A stretch of 64,000 bases of DNA, taken from NCBI GenBank assembly GCA_028277845.1, contig JANQFL010000094.1, positions 26,791 to 90,790 on the forward strand. The letters run 5' to 3'. How positions within the stretch are numbered: position 1 is the first letter of the stretch; every line of letters begins with the position of its first letter. Position numbers and translations under genes: made by a program. Under the pieces are notes generated by a model. It was not told where the DNA came from, did not search any database, and saw nothing but the letters and a program-made list of their open reading frames with translations. Below are positions 1-11,105 of this stretch, in pieces. Source of the DNA: Sneathiellales bacterium (GTDB lineage: Bacteria; Pseudomonadota; Alphaproteobacteria; JANQFL01).

Positions 1-945
1 AGGGCATGCTCGGCCGCGTCGCCGATCAGTTTTCCGTTGAAATACACCCGGCTGCCCCGGACGGAGACCTTGCCGATGACGGCTTCGCCCAGATACTGCC
101 CGACCTGAGCGGAATTCTTGTAGGCGCTGTCGCGGGCCGTATTGGCCGCAGACGAAGCCAGCGCGGCGTCCGTCGCCGAACCGGCGCTTGTCTGCGCGGT
201 CTCGCCGGCGGTTTTCAGGGCGGCTTTGGTGGCATCCGTTCCCGCCGACAGGATGGCCGCCGAGGCCGCGTTGTCGGCCGCAACGGCGGCTTGCGCCGAC
301 AAGGACGCCTTGTCCTTGGTGGTTCCGGCGTCATCGGCCGATTCGGCCAGGCTTTTTGCCTGCTGCGCCAGGGCGCTGATATTGGCTTCATCGGCGGCGG
401 CCGAATCGGATGCGGCCTTGGCGGTCTCGAAGTCGGCGACAGCGGTTTCAGCCGCGGCTTTCAAGGCGTCATCGGACGGGTCGGCCGCCGCGGCAGCGAG
501 CGCGGCATCCATGGCTGTTTGCTTTGTTGCCGTATCGGCTTCGAGTGTCGTGGTGATGGTGGCGGCTGCCGTTGCCGCGCTTTCCGCCGACGTTGCGGCA
601 GCCTTCGCCGCCGTCACCGCCGCCGTCGCTTTGTCGGCGGCCAAGACCGCCGATGACGCCGCCGAGGCGTCGGCATCGGGCCCACCCAGGTAATCGCGGG
701 GATCAACCTTGACGTCGAACGTCACTTCTTCGGGCACTTTGATGTCGTATCCGCCGTTCAGATCGGCGGGCACCACTTTCTTGCCGCGGACGTCCACCCC
801 AGGCGTGTATTCGACGCCCGGCATCGGCCTGTGTACGACCAGATTCCGGCATTCTTCGGCGGTAATGGTCACGGATTGCGCCTGGGCCGATCCGGACGAA
901 ACAAGAACCGCCAAGGCCAGCGTTGTATGTCCGAAAGAGTGCCGC
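1..945 (-). CDS. Partial (3' end beyond window) secreted protein with a small N-terminal domain followed by an alanine-rich low-complexity helical region
   Basis: The minus-strand frame is open from an ATG near 945 to the window edge. Its N-terminus MRHSFGHTTLALAVLVSSGSAQA reads as a signal peptide ending in AQA-Q, and a GGGAGA ribosome-binding site lies 7 nt upstream. It is not in the ORF track because there is no stop inside the window. The two overlapping plus-frame ORFs (6..656, 142..693) are its Gly/Arg- and Ala-rich antisense images. Confidence 0.45.
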
Positions 946-1258
946 ATACCGCTATTCTCCCGCCGGGCCGTTAACGAACGGTGAGATCAACAACCGAAAT
1001 ACCGGAACGAACCGAAAACATTAAAGCAATTCGGGATTTTTTCCTGTGAAATCAAGCTTTTCTGGTGACGGGCACCGATATATCGAGTATGAATATCGGC
1101 CAACAAAAAAGGGTTGTGGCCAACCGAAAGCAGCCCGAGTCTAGGGAGGGGCCGGTTAGGAGGTTGAGGCGCCAGGGAGCAGCCTCCCTCCAAGCCATTC
1201 CAGGACAGCCGGTAAGCGCAACAAAAAACCAGAAATGCGCCGCTGCCGGCCCTACAGG

Positions 1259-1295
1259 GCAAGATCCCGCGGGATCTTGCTTTTCTTTTTGCCGA
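1259..1295 (+). terminator. Orphan Rho-independent terminator in plus orientation
   Basis: A perfect 20-bp palindrome caagatcccgcgggatcttg is followed by cttttcttttt. The T-tract lies only on the plus strand, while both flanking genes are on the minus strand. Confidence 0.5.
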
Positions 1296-1309
1296 AAGCC
1301 GAAAAACTT

Positions 1310-1558
1310 CTAGCGGCGCTGAATGAAGGCGCGGAAATCGAACGGATCGTGTTCGATGACCTGCCAAATGATCACCCACAACAGTGAGGCAATCAGCGTG
1401 GTGATCAGGAACTTCAACCAGATGCGCGGTTTTTCAGGCGCGCTTTCCGGGGTGCCCGGCTCGGGATCGACCTGATTTCTGTGCCCCCAAGGCAGAACCG
1501 TGAACAGCACCAGCCACCAGACGATCACATAGACCAGGATGCCGGTAAACCAGTTCAC
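1310..1558 (-). CDS. DUF1467-family small membrane protein
   Basis: 82 aa with two hydrophobic helices (ILVYVIVWWLVLFTVLPW, LITTLIASLLWVIIW). It lies next to mce as in other alphaproteobacteria. Confidence 0.7.
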   Translation of the reverse strand: MNWFTGILVYVIVWWLVLFTVLPWGHRNQVDPEPGTPESAPEKPRIWLKFLITTLIASLLWVIIWQVIEHDPFDFRAFIQRR

Positions 1559-1560
1559 CG

Positions 1561-1965
1561 TCAGGCCTGCTCCAACTCGACCAGCGTGCCGCAGAAATCC
1601 TTGGGGTGCAGGAACAGGACCGGCTTCTTGTGTGCGCCGATCTTGGGTTCGCCATCGCCCAGAACACGGGCGCCCTCGGCCTTCAGCTTATCGCGGGCGG
1701 CGATGATGTCATCGACTTCGTAACAGACGTGATGGATGCCGCCGTTGGCGTTCTTGTCGAGAAATCCCTGGATCGGTGAGTTGTCGCCCAGGGGATAGAG
1801 CAGTTCGATCTTGGTGTTGGGCAATTCGACGAACACCACCGTCACGCCATGATCGGGTTCGTCCTGCGGCTCGGACACCGTGGCGCCCAGCGTGTTGCGG
1901 TAGGTTGCGGCGGCCGCGTCCAAATCGGGTACGGCAATGGCGACATGGTTGAGACGGCCAATCAT
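1561..1965 (-). CDS. mce: Methylmalonyl-CoA epimerase (VOC/glyoxalase fold)
   Basis: 134 aa beginning MIGRLNHVAIAVPDLDAA, with the GGIHHVCYEVDDI motif. Its start overlaps the rnj stop by 4 nt (ATGA). Confidence 0.85.
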   Translation of the reverse strand: MIGRLNHVAIAVPDLDAAAATYRNTLGATVSEPQDEPDHGVTVVFVELPNTKIELLYPLGDNSPIQGFLDKNANGGIHHVCYEVDDIIAARDKLKAEGARVLGDGEPKIGAHKKPVLFLHPKDFCGTLVELEQA

Positions 1966-3668
1966 ACGGATAACTGCTCCTCGCTGCTGTTCGCGGTCTC
2001 CTGGGCGTCTTTCAGGCGCACCACCTGGACTTCGGTGACCGGACGCTTTTGATAAGCCGAACGCACGGTGCGGCGCAAGGCCAGACGTGCCGCTTCCGCC
2101 ACCGCCTGGTCGTCCTTGGCGGCAAAGGCACTGAGTTCGGCGACGTCCCTGACGATGCGCGCGGCGATTTCCTTCCGCATGGGCCGCCCGCCCTCCTCGA
2201 CCGGCAAACCGAGCAAGGCAATTTGCGGCGGCTCCACGCAGGCGCCGGCCTCGTCGAGCACCAGGGTGACGAAGGCGGCGCCGTTGTGCAGCAGTTTGCG
2301 CCGGTCGTGAATCACCGCCCCGTCCATGGGCACCAACGCGGTGCCGTCCAGCGCCAGCCCGCCGGTCGCGATATTGCCGATGACCTCGCAGGCTTCGGGA
2401 TCGAGGCGCAGAATGTCGCCGTTGCGGATCTCGCGCACGGTCGCAACGCCCTCTTCCACCGCCAGGTCGGCATGACTCCCCAGGTGACGCGCCTCACCGT
2501 GGACCGGAACGGCAATTCGCGGCCGCAGCCATCGGTACAGGTCACGCAGTTCATCCCGAGACGGATGGCCGGAGACATGGACGAAGGCATCCTTCTCGGT
2601 AATCACGGCGATATCCCGTTCGACCAGTTGATTGTGCAGTTCGAACAGGGACCGCTCGTTTCCCGGAATGATCTTGGACGAGAAAATGACGCAATCGCCC
2701 GGCTTCAGGGTAACATGGGGATGCTGGCCGGTGACGATGCGCGACATGGCCCCGCGCCGCTCGCCCTGGCAGCCGGTGCACAGCAATAGGATCTTGTCGT
2801 CGGGCAGGTAACCGGCGTCACGCTCGGTCAGGAAGGCCGGAATGTCATCCAGTAAGCCGTTTTCTTCCGCCGCGCCGACGGTGCGCCACAGCGACCGACC
2901 GACCAGACAGACCCGGCGGCCATTGTCCTCGGCGGCCCGGGCAATGGTCTTGAGGCGGGCAACGTTGGAGGCGAAGGTTGTGACTGCCACCCGGCCCGAC
3001 TGCTCGCCGATCAACGCCGACAGGGAATCGCGCAACGCCCCTTCTGAACCGGAGCGTCCCTCGGTCACCGCATTGGTGGAGTCACAGATCAGGGCGAGCA
3101 CACCGTCGTCGCCCAAGGCCTCCAGTGTTTCGCGGTCGGCGGCCTCTCCGATCACAGGGTCGGGATCAAGCTTCCAGTCGCCGCTGTGAACGACCTTGCC
3201 CTCGGGACATTCGATCACCAGCGATGCGGGCTCGGGAATCGAATGGGTCATGCGTACATAACGCACAGTGAACGGGTCCAGGGTCACGGACCCGCCGAGG
3301 TCCACCTCGTGCAACGGAACCTCGTCCTGCCAATCCGTTTCGTCCAGTTTTGCCCGCAGGATCGACGCGGCATACGGCGTGGCGTAGACCGGGCATTGGA
3401 GCCTGGGCCATAGATACGGTACGGCGCCGAGGTGATCCTCGTGGGCGTGGGTCAATACGAGACCGACCAGCTTGTCCCTGCGCTCGGCGATATATGAGAG
3501 GTCGGGCAATACGATGTCGACGCCCGGCACGGATTCGCCGGCGAAGGTGATGCCCAGATCGACCATCAGCCAGCGCCCGCCATAGCCGTACAACGCCACG
3601 TTCATGCCGATCTCGCCGACCCCGCCCAATGGCAGGAAGACCAGGTCGTCGTAGGCCTCGGGCAGCAT
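1962..3668 (-). CDS. rnj: Ribonuclease J (metallo-beta-lactamase / beta-CASP fold)
   Basis: HAHEDHLGAVP MBL motif, 568 aa. The true start is MLPEAYDDL at 3668. The track ORF 1962..4781 (939 aa) is an upstream-extended artefact that runs through coaX and birA in another frame. Confidence 0.9.
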   Translation of the reverse strand: MLPEAYDDLVFLPLGGVGEIGMNVALYGYGGRWLMVDLGITFAGESVPGVDIVLPDLSYIAERRDKLVGLVLTHAHEDHLGAVPYLWPRLQCPVYATPYAASILRAKLDETDWQDEVPLHEVDLGGSVTLDPFTVRYVRMTHSIPEPASLVIECPEGKVVHSGDWKLDPDPVIGEAADRETLEALGDDGVLALICDSTNAVTEGRSGSEGALRDSLSALIGEQSGRVAVTTFASNVARLKTIARAAEDNGRRVCLVGRSLWRTVGAAEENGLLDDIPAFLTERDAGYLPDDKILLLCTGCQGERRGAMSRIVTGQHPHVTLKPGDCVIFSSKIIPGNERSLFELHNQLVERDIAVITEKDAFVHVSGHPSRDELRDLYRWLRPRIAVPVHGEARHLGSHADLAVEEGVATVREIRNGDILRLDPEACEVIGNIATGGLALDGTALVPMDGAVIHDRRKLLHNGAAFVTLVLDEAGACVEPPQIALLGLPVEEGGRPMRKEIAARIVRDVAELSAFAAKDDQAVAEAARLALRRTVRSAYQKRPVTEVQVVRLKDAQETANSSEEQLSV

Positions 3669-3685
3669 GACGGGAGGCTGTTCGT

Positions 3686-4462
3686 TCACGATCCGGCTTT
3701 CCTGTTGCGCTCGTAAAGCACCTGCATCCCCTTCAGGGTCAAATCGCCGTCCACGTGATCGAACATGTCGGTACTGTCGACGAACAGCGGCGTCAGCCCG
3801 CCGGTGGCGATGACCGTCATGTCGGCGCCATATTCTTCCTTGATCCGGGCGAGCACCCCTTCGAACAGGCCGACATAACCCCAGAACACGCCGGAACGCA
3901 TGGCCTCGACGGTGCTCTTGCCGATCACGTGAGGCGGCTTTTCGATGGAGATCTGCGGCAGTTTCGCCGCCGCCATGTAGAGCGCCTCGACACTGAGGTT
4001 GATGCCCGGCGCGATGACGCCGCCGGTGTAGTTGCCGTCCCGGTCGACCACATCGAACGTGGTGGCCGTGCCGAAATCCAGCACGATGGCCGGGCTGCCG
4101 TAGAAATGGTGGGCGGCAAAGGCATTGACCACCCGGTCCGCGCCCGCCTCTTCCGGCCGATCGATCAGCACCTTGATGCCGAGGTCGACGTTTTCGCCGA
4201 TGACGTACGGGTCGCAGCGGAAGTAGGTCCGGCACAGGCCGCGCAGATTGAACATCGCCTGGGGCACCACGGTGGCGATGATGACGTCGGCGATGTCGTC
4301 CGGCCGGATGCCCTTCAGCGCCATCAACTGGTTGAGCCAGACGAAGTATTCGTCCTTGGTCCGGTGCGGATCGGTGGCGATCTTCCATTCGTCGCGCAGT
4401 ACGTCCCCGTCGAACACGGCGAACTTGAAATTGGTGTTGTTGGCGTTGATGACGAGCAGCAT
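3686..4462 (-). CDS. coaX: Type III pantothenate kinase
   Basis: 258 aa with the MLLVINANNTNFKFAVF N-terminus and the DFGTATTFD and VIATGG motifs. Confidence 0.9.
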   Translation of the reverse strand: MLLVINANNTNFKFAVFDGDVLRDEWKIATDPHRTKDEYFVWLNQLMALKGIRPDDIADVIIATVVPQAMFNLRGLCRTYFRCDPYVIGENVDLGIKVLIDRPEEAGADRVVNAFAAHHFYGSPAIVLDFGTATTFDVVDRDGNYTGGVIAPGINLSVEALYMAAAKLPQISIEKPPHVIGKSTVEAMRSGVFWGYVGLFEGVLARIKEEYGADMTVIATGGLTPLFVDSTDMFDHVDGDLTLKGMQVLYERNRKAGS

Positions 4463-4470
4463 GGCCGTAC

Positions 4471-5226
4471 CTATGAAAAGAACACGTCGCCGGCGGTGAT
4501 GACCCGGCGCCCACCCTGACCGGTGTCCACGACAAGGCCACCGGTTTCGTCCAGCCCTTCAAACGTACCGTGTATGGTTTCGTTGGCAAGGCGGACACGG
4601 ATCGGCCGGCCCATGCCGACGGCGAAATCGAGCCATCGGCTGCGCACCGGATCGAAGCCCTTCTCCGTCCAGACGCCCAGCCATTGCGCGAAATTGGCGA
4701 CATAGCGTTCCAGGACCCTTTCCGCGGGTACATTGGTTTCCATGGCATGCAGGGATGTCGCCCCGGTTTCCACGGCGTCATCCGGCGGGTGGGCGGTCAC
4801 GTTGACGCCCGTACCGACGACGACCGAGTTCAGTACCTCTCCGGACGCCTGGGATTCGAGCAGGATACCGGCAATCTTGGCGCCATCGACCAGGATGTCG
4901 TTGGGCCATTTGCAGCCCACGGCACGATCCTGCCCGACGAGATCCTGCACGACCTCGGCCAGGGCAACGGCCGTGAGGAAGGATAATTGCGCCGCCTTGG
5001 CGATATCGCATGCCGGCCGCAACAGAACGGAACAATAGAGATTGCCGGGCGGCGATTCCCAGGCCCGTCCGTAGCGGCCACGGCCGGCGGTCTGCCGGCG
5101 GGCCCAGACGACGACATGATCGTCACGGGTATCCGCCGCCAGATTGCGGGCGTACTCGTTGGTGGAATTGACGGCGTCGAGCGCGATCAGCCGGTAGGGT
5201 GCAACCAGCTCGGGCAGATCGCTCAA
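4471..5226 (-). CDS. birA: Biotin--[acetyl-CoA-carboxylase] ligase (group I, no DNA-binding domain)
   Basis: WARRQTAGRGRYGRAWESPPGNLYCS and KWPNDIL motifs. The track ORF starts at 5271 and overlaps the nuoN stop by 35 nt. A TTG at 5226 with a GAGG ribosome-binding site avoids the overlap and gives about 251 aa. The start is uncertain. Confidence 0.75.
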   Translation of the reverse strand: MSDLPELVAPYRLIALDAVNSTNEYARNLAADTRDDHVVVWARRQTAGRGRYGRAWESPPGNLYCSVLLRPACDIAKAAQLSFLTAVALAEVVQDLVGQDRAVGCKWPNDILVDGAKIAGILLESQASGEVLNSVVVGTGVNVTAHPPDDAVETGATSLHAMETNVPAERVLERYVANFAQWLGVWTEKGFDPVRSRWLDFAVGMGRPIRVRLANETIHGTFEGLDETGGLVVDTGQGGRRVITAGDVFFS

Positions 5227-5236
5227 AGGCCGGGCC

Positions 5237-6691
5237 TCACTGCAGCAACGCCGCCGCCGCCACCCGCGCACCTTCGGTCAAAGGCGACGGGAAGACGAAG
5301 AACAGCAGCGTAAACAGGCCGGTTCCGGTCATGATCACGCCCATGGCCGGTCCGAAGGGTTTGGCGAACGGTTCGGCCGGTTCGTCGAAGAACATGATCT
5401 TGACGATGCGCAGGTAGTAGAACGCGCCGACCACGCTGGCGACCACGCCGATCACGGCCAACAGATAGAGCCCGGCATTGATGGCGGCCATGAACACATA
5501 CAGCTTGCCGAAGAATCCGGCCAACGGCGGCACGCCCGCGAGCGAGAACATGAACAATGCCATCACCACGCCCAACGCCGGGTGGCTGCGCGACAGGCCG
5601 GCCAGTTCGCCGATGTCCTCGACCATGCCTTCCTTGCGCCGCATGCACAGAATGACGGCGAAGGTGCCGGCGGTCATGGCCAGATAAATGGCCATGTAAA
5701 TCAACACGCCGCGCACGCCTTCCTCGGTGCCCGCGGCCAGGCCGACCAGGGCGTAACCCACATGGCCGATGGACGAATACGCCATCAGGCGCTTGATGTT
5801 GGTCTGGCCGATGGCGGCGAAGGCGCCCAGCACCATGGAAGCGATGGAGACGAAGACGATGATCTGCTGCCATTCCTGCGCCAGTTCCGGGAACGGGCCC
5901 AGCAGTGCCCGCATGAACAGGGCCATGGCGGCGATTTTCGGTGCGACGGCGAAGAACGCGGTAACCGGCGTCGGAGACCCTTCATAGACATCCGGCGTCC
6001 ACATATGGAACGGCACGGCGGAGACCTTGAAGGCCAGGCCGGCGGTGAGGAACACGATGCCGATGATCAGGCCGATGCCGACCTCGATGCGGCCCGACGA
6101 CAAGGCCTCGGCCAGGGCATCGAAATTGGTCGTGCCGGCGAAGCCGTAGATCATCGAACAGCCATAGAGCAGCATGCCCGAGGACAGGGCACCGAGGACG
6201 AAATACTTCAATCCCGCTTCGCTGGACCGCAGGCTGTCCCGCTTGAAGGCGGCGATGACATAGAGCGGCAGGCTCTGCATTTCCAGGCCGACATAGAGCG
6301 ACAGCAGGTCGTTGGCCGACACCATCATCAGCATGCCCATGGTCGCCAGCACGATCAGGATGGGATACTCGAACCGCTCCATGCCGTGATCGCGGATGTA
6401 GTTCAGCGACATGACGATGGCCAGGCCCGAACCCATGAGGATCAGCCCCTTCATGAAGTGGGCGAACATGTCCGTGCGGAACATGCCGGCCAGCACCACC
6501 GAGCCGTTGTCGGGGGCCGACAGCAGGAAGACGTAGGCGATCGCCAGCGCGGCGACGGACAGCCAGGAGATCAGCCGGGTCGACTGGTTGCCGCGGAAGA
6601 CGCCGAGCATCAACAGCGCCATGGCGGCGCAGGCGAGGAAGATCTCGGCGCCGGCGGGGGCGATTTCGCTCATCCAGTTGGAACTCATCAT
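5237..6691 (-). CDS. nuoN: NADH-quinone oxidoreductase subunit N
   Basis: 484-aa polytopic membrane protein, the last gene of the nuo operon, in the conserved order after nuoM. Confidence 0.9.
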   Translation of the reverse strand: MMSSNWMSEIAPAGAEIFLACAAMALLMLGVFRGNQSTRLISWLSVAALAIAYVFLLSAPDNGSVVLAGMFRTDMFAHFMKGLILMGSGLAIVMSLNYIRDHGMERFEYPILIVLATMGMLMMVSANDLLSLYVGLEMQSLPLYVIAAFKRDSLRSSEAGLKYFVLGALSSGMLLYGCSMIYGFAGTTNFDALAEALSSGRIEVGIGLIIGIVFLTAGLAFKVSAVPFHMWTPDVYEGSPTPVTAFFAVAPKIAAMALFMRALLGPFPELAQEWQQIIVFVSIASMVLGAFAAIGQTNIKRLMAYSSIGHVGYALVGLAAGTEEGVRGVLIYMAIYLAMTAGTFAVILCMRRKEGMVEDIGELAGLSRSHPALGVVMALFMFSLAGVPPLAGFFGKLYVFMAAINAGLYLLAVIGVVASVVGAFYYLRIVKIMFFDEPAEPFAKPFGPAMGVIMTGTGLFTLLFFVFPSPLTEGARVAAAALLQ

Positions 6692-6703
6692 TCGTGCTCC
6701 TGC

Positions 6704-8218
6704 CTACTTCGCCGCCAGTTCAAGGACTTGAACCGCCGCCATCGCCTTTTCGTGCTGGGCGATCAGGTTTTCCACCGAGACATGCATGACATCCAGGAAC
6801 GAGGACGGATAAACGCCCATCCACATGACCACCAGGGCGAGCGGCGTGAACACCAGCACTTCCCGTGGCCTGAGATCGAGAATGTCCTTGAGATCGTCCT
6901 TGGTCAGTTCACCGAAGATCACCCGGCGGTAGAGCCACAGCATGTAGGCCGCGCCGAGGACAACGCCCGTCGCCGCCAGGAAGGCGACCCAGGTATTGGC
7001 CTCGTAGGCGCCGACCAGCACCAGGAACTCGCCGACGAAGCCCGACGTGCCCGGCAGACCGACCGAGGCCAGCATGAAGACCATGAAGAAGAAGGCGTAT
7101 TTGGGCATGCGGTGCACCAGGCCGCCGTAACGGGCGATCTCGCGCGAATGCATGCGGTCGTAGACCACGCCGACCACCAGGAACAGGGCGGCGGAAACAA
7201 CGCCGTGGCTGAGCATCTGGATGATGCTGCCCTCGATGCCCTGATCGTTGAGGGCAAAGATGCCGATGGTGACGAAGCCCATGTGGGCGACCGACGAATA
7301 GGCGATCAGCTTCTTCATGTCCTCCTGCATCAGCGCCACCAGGGAGGTGTAGATGACGGCGATGACGCTGAGGGCGAAGACCATGGGCGCGAAGTACTCG
7401 CTGGCTTCCGGGAACATGGGCAGCGAGAAACGCAGGAAGCCGTATCCGCCCATTTTCAGCAGCACGCCGGCCAGGATGACCGAACCGGCGGTCGGCGCCT
7501 CGACATGGGCGTCGGGCAGCCAGGTATGCACCGGCCACATGGGCATCTTGACGGCGAACGAGGCGAAGAACGCCAGCCACAGCCATTTCTGCACGTCACC
7601 GTCGAAAGTGGTCGCCATGATGGTCGGGATGTCCGCCGTGCCGGCCTGGAAGTACATGGCCAGCATGGCCAGCAGCATCAGCACCGAACCGAGCAGCGTG
7701 TAGAGGAAGAACTTGAAGGCCGAATAGACCCGGCGCACGCCGCCCCAGACACCGATGATCAGGAACATCGGGATCAGGCCGCCCTCGAAGAACAGGTAGA
7801 ACAGGAACAGATCGAGGGCGCAAAAGACGCCGATCATCAGCGTTTCCAGCACCAGGAAGGCGATCATGTATTCCTTCACCCGGACCGTGATGGCTTCCCA
7901 GCTCGCCAGGATGCACAGCGGCATGAGGAAGGTGGTCAGGATGATGAACAGGACCGAAATGCCGTCGACACCCATGTGATAGGTGATGGTGTCGGAGATC
8001 CAGGGCACCCGCTCCTCGAACTGGAAGTCGGCCTTGGACGGGTCGAAGTTGATCCAGATGAACAGGCTGACGACGAACGTGACGACCGTAACGTTCAACG
8101 CGACCCAGCGGGCGTTGCGGGCGACAACGGCGGCGTCCTTGTCGCGGATCATCAAAATGATGAGGGCGCCGACCAGCGGGATAAAGGTGACGAGGGAGAG
8201 CAAGGGGACATCGACCAT
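6704..8218 (-). CDS. nuoM: NADH-quinone oxidoreductase subunit M
   Basis: 504-aa antiporter-like membrane subunit beginning [22 protein letters not shown]. Confidence 0.9.
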   Translation of the reverse strand: MVDVPLLSLVTFIPLVGALIILMIRDKDAAVVARNARWVALNVTVVTFVVSLFIWINFDPSKADFQFEERVPWISDTITYHMGVDGISVLFIILTTFLMPLCILASWEAITVRVKEYMIAFLVLETLMIGVFCALDLFLFYLFFEGGLIPMFLIIGVWGGVRRVYSAFKFFLYTLLGSVLMLLAMLAMYFQAGTADIPTIMATTFDGDVQKWLWLAFFASFAVKMPMWPVHTWLPDAHVEAPTAGSVILAGVLLKMGGYGFLRFSLPMFPEASEYFAPMVFALSVIAVIYTSLVALMQEDMKKLIAYSSVAHMGFVTIGIFALNDQGIEGSIIQMLSHGVVSAALFLVVGVVYDRMHSREIARYGGLVHRMPKYAFFFMVFMLASVGLPGTSGFVGEFLVLVGAYEANTWVAFLAATGVVLGAAYMLWLYRRVIFGELTKDDLKDILDLRPREVLVFTPLALVVMWMGVYPSSFLDVMHVSVENLIAQHEKAMAAVQVLELAAK

Positions 8219-8222
8219 CGGA

Positions 8223-10157
8223 TCAGCCTCCCAACGCGAACATGTAGAAGGTGACCAGGAACGCCACTCCGATCAACATGGCGAAAGCGTAGTGGTAGAC
8301 GTAACCCGATTGCAGGAAGGTCGCCCGCCGCGCCAGGTTGAGCACCAGGGCGGAGATACCGTCGGGCCCGAAGCCGTCGATGATGCGGCCATCGCCCCCC
8401 TTCCACAGCACGCGCCCGAGCCACATGGCCGGCCGCACGAAGATCAGGTCGTAGAGTTCGTCGAAATACCACTTGTTCAGCAGGAACTGGTAGGCGCCGT
8501 GGTGCATCTTGGCGATGGCGCCGGGCAGGTCGCTGCGCATGGCGTACATATAGAAGGCCACCAGCATGCCGATGATGCCGGCGGCGATCGGCAGTGCCTT
8601 GACCCACCAGGGATACTGATGGTCCACCACCATCTGCACGGCCGGGTTCTCCGGCAGGATCAGGATCGAGTCGCCCCAGAACCCACCGGCGTTCCCGACA
8701 AAGAAGCCGCTAAACGCAAAACCCGCGCCGATCGCACCAGCCGCCAGAACCAGCAACGGCAGGATCATGACCTTGGGCGACTCGTGCACGTGGCTCATGA
8801 CTTCCTCGCTCGCCCGCGGCGTACCGTGGAACGTCATGATGATGAGGCGGATCGAGTAGAACGCCGTCAGCACCGCGCCTGCGACACCGAGCCAGAAGGC
8901 GTAATCGCCAACCGGGGTACCGGCGACATAAGCCGATTCGATGATGGCGTCTTTCGAATAAAAACCGGCCAGCAGCGGAAACCCGGTCAACGCCAAACTG
9001 CCGATCCACATCAATGCGTAGGTCACTTTCATATGGCGCCACAGGCCGCCCATCTTGCGCATGTCCTGTTCGTCCGACACGCCGTGAATGACCGAGCCGG
9101 AGCCCAGGAACAAGAGCGCCTTGAAGAAGGCATGAGTGAACAGGTGGAAGATGGCGATGGGATAGGCCGAAACGCCGGCGGCGAAGAACATGTAGCCGAG
9201 CTGCGAACAGGTCGAGTAGGCCACGACGCGCTTGATGTCGTTCTGCACCAGGCCGATGGTCGCCGCCATGAAGGCGGTGGAGGCACCGATAATGGTGACC
9301 ACCATCAGGGTGATCGGGGCGTATTCAAACAGCGGCGAGCAGCGCGCCACCATGAACACGCCGGCGGTGACCATGGTCGCGGCATGGATCAGGGCCGAAA
9401 CCGGCGTCGGGCCCTCCATGGCGTCGGGCAGCCAGGTGTGCAGGCCGATCTGCGCCGACTTGCCCATGGCGCCGATGAACAGCAGCAGGGTCATCACGGT
9501 CAGTAGGTCGACGTCCCAGGACAGGAAGTGGAAGGTCTCGCCCGCCTTGGTCGGCGCCGCGCGGAACACGGTGTCGAAGTCGATGGAACCGAACACCAGG
9601 AAGACGGTCAGGATGCCGAGGATGAAGCCGAAATCGCCGATGCGGTTAACGACGAAGGCCTTGATGGCGGCGGCGTTGGCCGAGGGCTTCTTGTACCAGA
9701 AGCCGATCAGCAGGTAGGAACACAGGCCCACGCCTTCCCAGCCGAAGAACATCTGCAGGAAGTTGTCCGCCGTCACCAGCATCAACATGGCGAAGGTGAA
9801 CAGGGACAGGTATGCGAAGAACCGCGCCCGGTGCGGATCGTGCGACATGTAGCCGATGGAGTAGATGTGCACCACGGCCGACACCAGATTGACCACCACC
9901 AGCATGACGGCCGTCAGGGTGTCGACACGGATCGACCAGGAAACGTCCAAGGCACCCGACTGGATCCAGGTAAAGAGGTCGATGGTGGTTGTCTGTTGCT
10001 GCAGGCCGACCTGGTAGAAGGCGACCAGGGACAGCAGCGCGGAGACCGAAACCAGCAGACAGGTCACGATCTCGGACGGGCGGTCACCGATAAACTTGCC
10101 GAGGAAACCGGCGATGGCGGCCCCGAGCAACGGAAGAAAGACGATGGCGACGTACAT
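8223..10157 (-). CDS. nuoL: NADH-quinone oxidoreductase subunit L
   Basis: 644-aa antiporter-like subunit with a long C-terminal helix region. Confidence 0.9.
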   Translation of the reverse strand: MYVAIVFLPLLGAAIAGFLGKFIGDRPSEIVTCLLVSVSALLSLVAFYQVGLQQQTTTIDLFTWIQSGALDVSWSIRVDTLTAVMLVVVNLVSAVVHIYSIGYMSHDPHRARFFAYLSLFTFAMLMLVTADNFLQMFFGWEGVGLCSYLLIGFWYKKPSANAAAIKAFVVNRIGDFGFILGILTVFLVFGSIDFDTVFRAAPTKAGETFHFLSWDVDLLTVMTLLLFIGAMGKSAQIGLHTWLPDAMEGPTPVSALIHAATMVTAGVFMVARCSPLFEYAPITLMVVTIIGASTAFMAATIGLVQNDIKRVVAYSTCSQLGYMFFAAGVSAYPIAIFHLFTHAFFKALLFLGSGSVIHGVSDEQDMRKMGGLWRHMKVTYALMWIGSLALTGFPLLAGFYSKDAIIESAYVAGTPVGDYAFWLGVAGAVLTAFYSIRLIIMTFHGTPRASEEVMSHVHESPKVMILPLLVLAAGAIGAGFAFSGFFVGNAGGFWGDSILILPENPAVQMVVDHQYPWWVKALPIAAGIIGMLVAFYMYAMRSDLPGAIAKMHHGAYQFLLNKWYFDELYDLIFVRPAMWLGRVLWKGGDGRIIDGFGPDGISALVLNLARRATFLQSGYVYHYAFAMLIGVAFLVTFYMFALGG

Positions 10158-10165
10158 GGTGACGG

Positions 10166-10474
10166 CTAGCCCTTCATCAGATTGATGTCTTCGACTTCGA
10201 TCGAGCCGCGGTTACGGAAATAGACCACCAGGATGGCGAGGCCGATGGCCGCCTCGGCCGCGGCGACCGTCAGCACGAACATGGCGAACACCTGCCCGAC
10301 CAGGTCCTGCAGGAAGCTGGAAAACGCCACCAGGTTGATGTTGACCGCCAGCAACATAAGCTCGACGGACATCAGGATGATGATGACGTTCTTGCGGTTG
10401 AGAAAGATGCCGAACACGCCCAGGGTGAACAGGATGGCGGCGAGTGTCAGATAATGTCCGAGACCGATGTCCAT
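10166..10474 (-). CDS. nuoK: NADH-quinone oxidoreductase subunit K
   Basis: 102 aa with three transmembrane helices, sitting between nuoJ and nuoL. Confidence 0.9.
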   Translation of the reverse strand: MDIGLGHYLTLAAILFTLGVFGIFLNRKNVIIILMSVELMLLAVNINLVAFSSFLQDLVGQVFAMFVLTVAAAEAAIGLAILVVYFRNRGSIEVEDINLMKG

Positions 10475-10486
10475 GATAACGCTCCC

Positions 10487-11095
10487 CTACAGGCCCTGGC
10501 CGGACTTGACCTTGACCAGCGCGACGGCCTCGTCGCGGCGGCGGTGGACCTGGTCGGCGATTTTCTGTTTGCGCACGCCTTCCCGGACCCGATGGGTCAG
10601 CACGATGGCGCCGATCATGGCCACCAGCAGGATCATGCCGGCGGCCTGGAACAGGTAGATGTAGCGGGTATAAAGGACCCCGCCCAGCAACCGGGTGTTC
10701 TCCTGGTCCGCGGCGATCGGCGCGGCGGAGATCGTGTCGCCGGCCGGCGACAGGCTCCAGGCGCCCAGCACGGCCAACAGTTCGATGAGCAGGATGATAC
10801 CGATGGTCGCGCCAAGCGGCATGTACTGCAGGAAACCTTCCCGCAGTTCGACAAAATTGATGTCCAGCATCATGACGACGAACAGGAACAGCACGGCAAC
10901 GGCGCCGACATAGACGATGACCAGGATCATCGCCAGGAACTCGGCCCCCAGCAGCACAAACAGCCCGGCACTGTTGAAGAACGCCAGGATCAGGAACAGC
11001 ACCGAGTGCACCGGATTGCGAGCCGAAATCACCATCACGCCGGACGCAATGGTGATGAAAGCGAAAAGGTAAAAGCAGAAGGCCTGGACGATCAT
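10487..11095 (-). CDS. nuoJ: NADH-quinone oxidoreductase subunit J
   Basis: 202-aa membrane subunit. Confidence 0.85.
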   Translation of the reverse strand: MIVQAFCFYLFAFITIASGVMVISARNPVHSVLFLILAFFNSAGLFVLLGAEFLAMILVIVYVGAVAVLFLFVVMMLDINFVELREGFLQYMPLGATIGIILLIELLAVLGAWSLSPAGDTISAAPIAADQENTRLLGGVLYTRYIYLFQAAGMILLVAMIGAIVLTHRVREGVRKQKIADQVHRRRDEAVALVKVKSGQGL

Positions 11096-11105
11096 AAGAT
11101 GCCGC

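Noticed and set aside
6-693. Plus-strand ORFs 6-656 and 142-693 at the window start
   Set aside because: Both overlap each other and the minus-strand frame. The minus-strand frame has a signal peptide, a ribosome-binding site and a plausible domain, while the plus frames are Gly/Arg- or Ala-rich antisense images.
1962-4781. 939-aa ORF listed as one gene
   Set aside because: Only the C-terminal 568 aa (RNase J, starting MLPEAYDDL at 3668) are real. The upstream 370 aa are an Arg/Gly-rich read-through in an alternative frame overlapping the well-supported coaX and birA genes.
5582-8254. 890-aa plus-strand ORF rich in His/Asp/Gly/Glu/Arg
   Set aside because: It is exactly antisense to nuoN and nuoM. 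It has the low-complexity composition expected from reverse-complementing GC-rich hydrophobic codons. There is no ribosome-binding site or domain.
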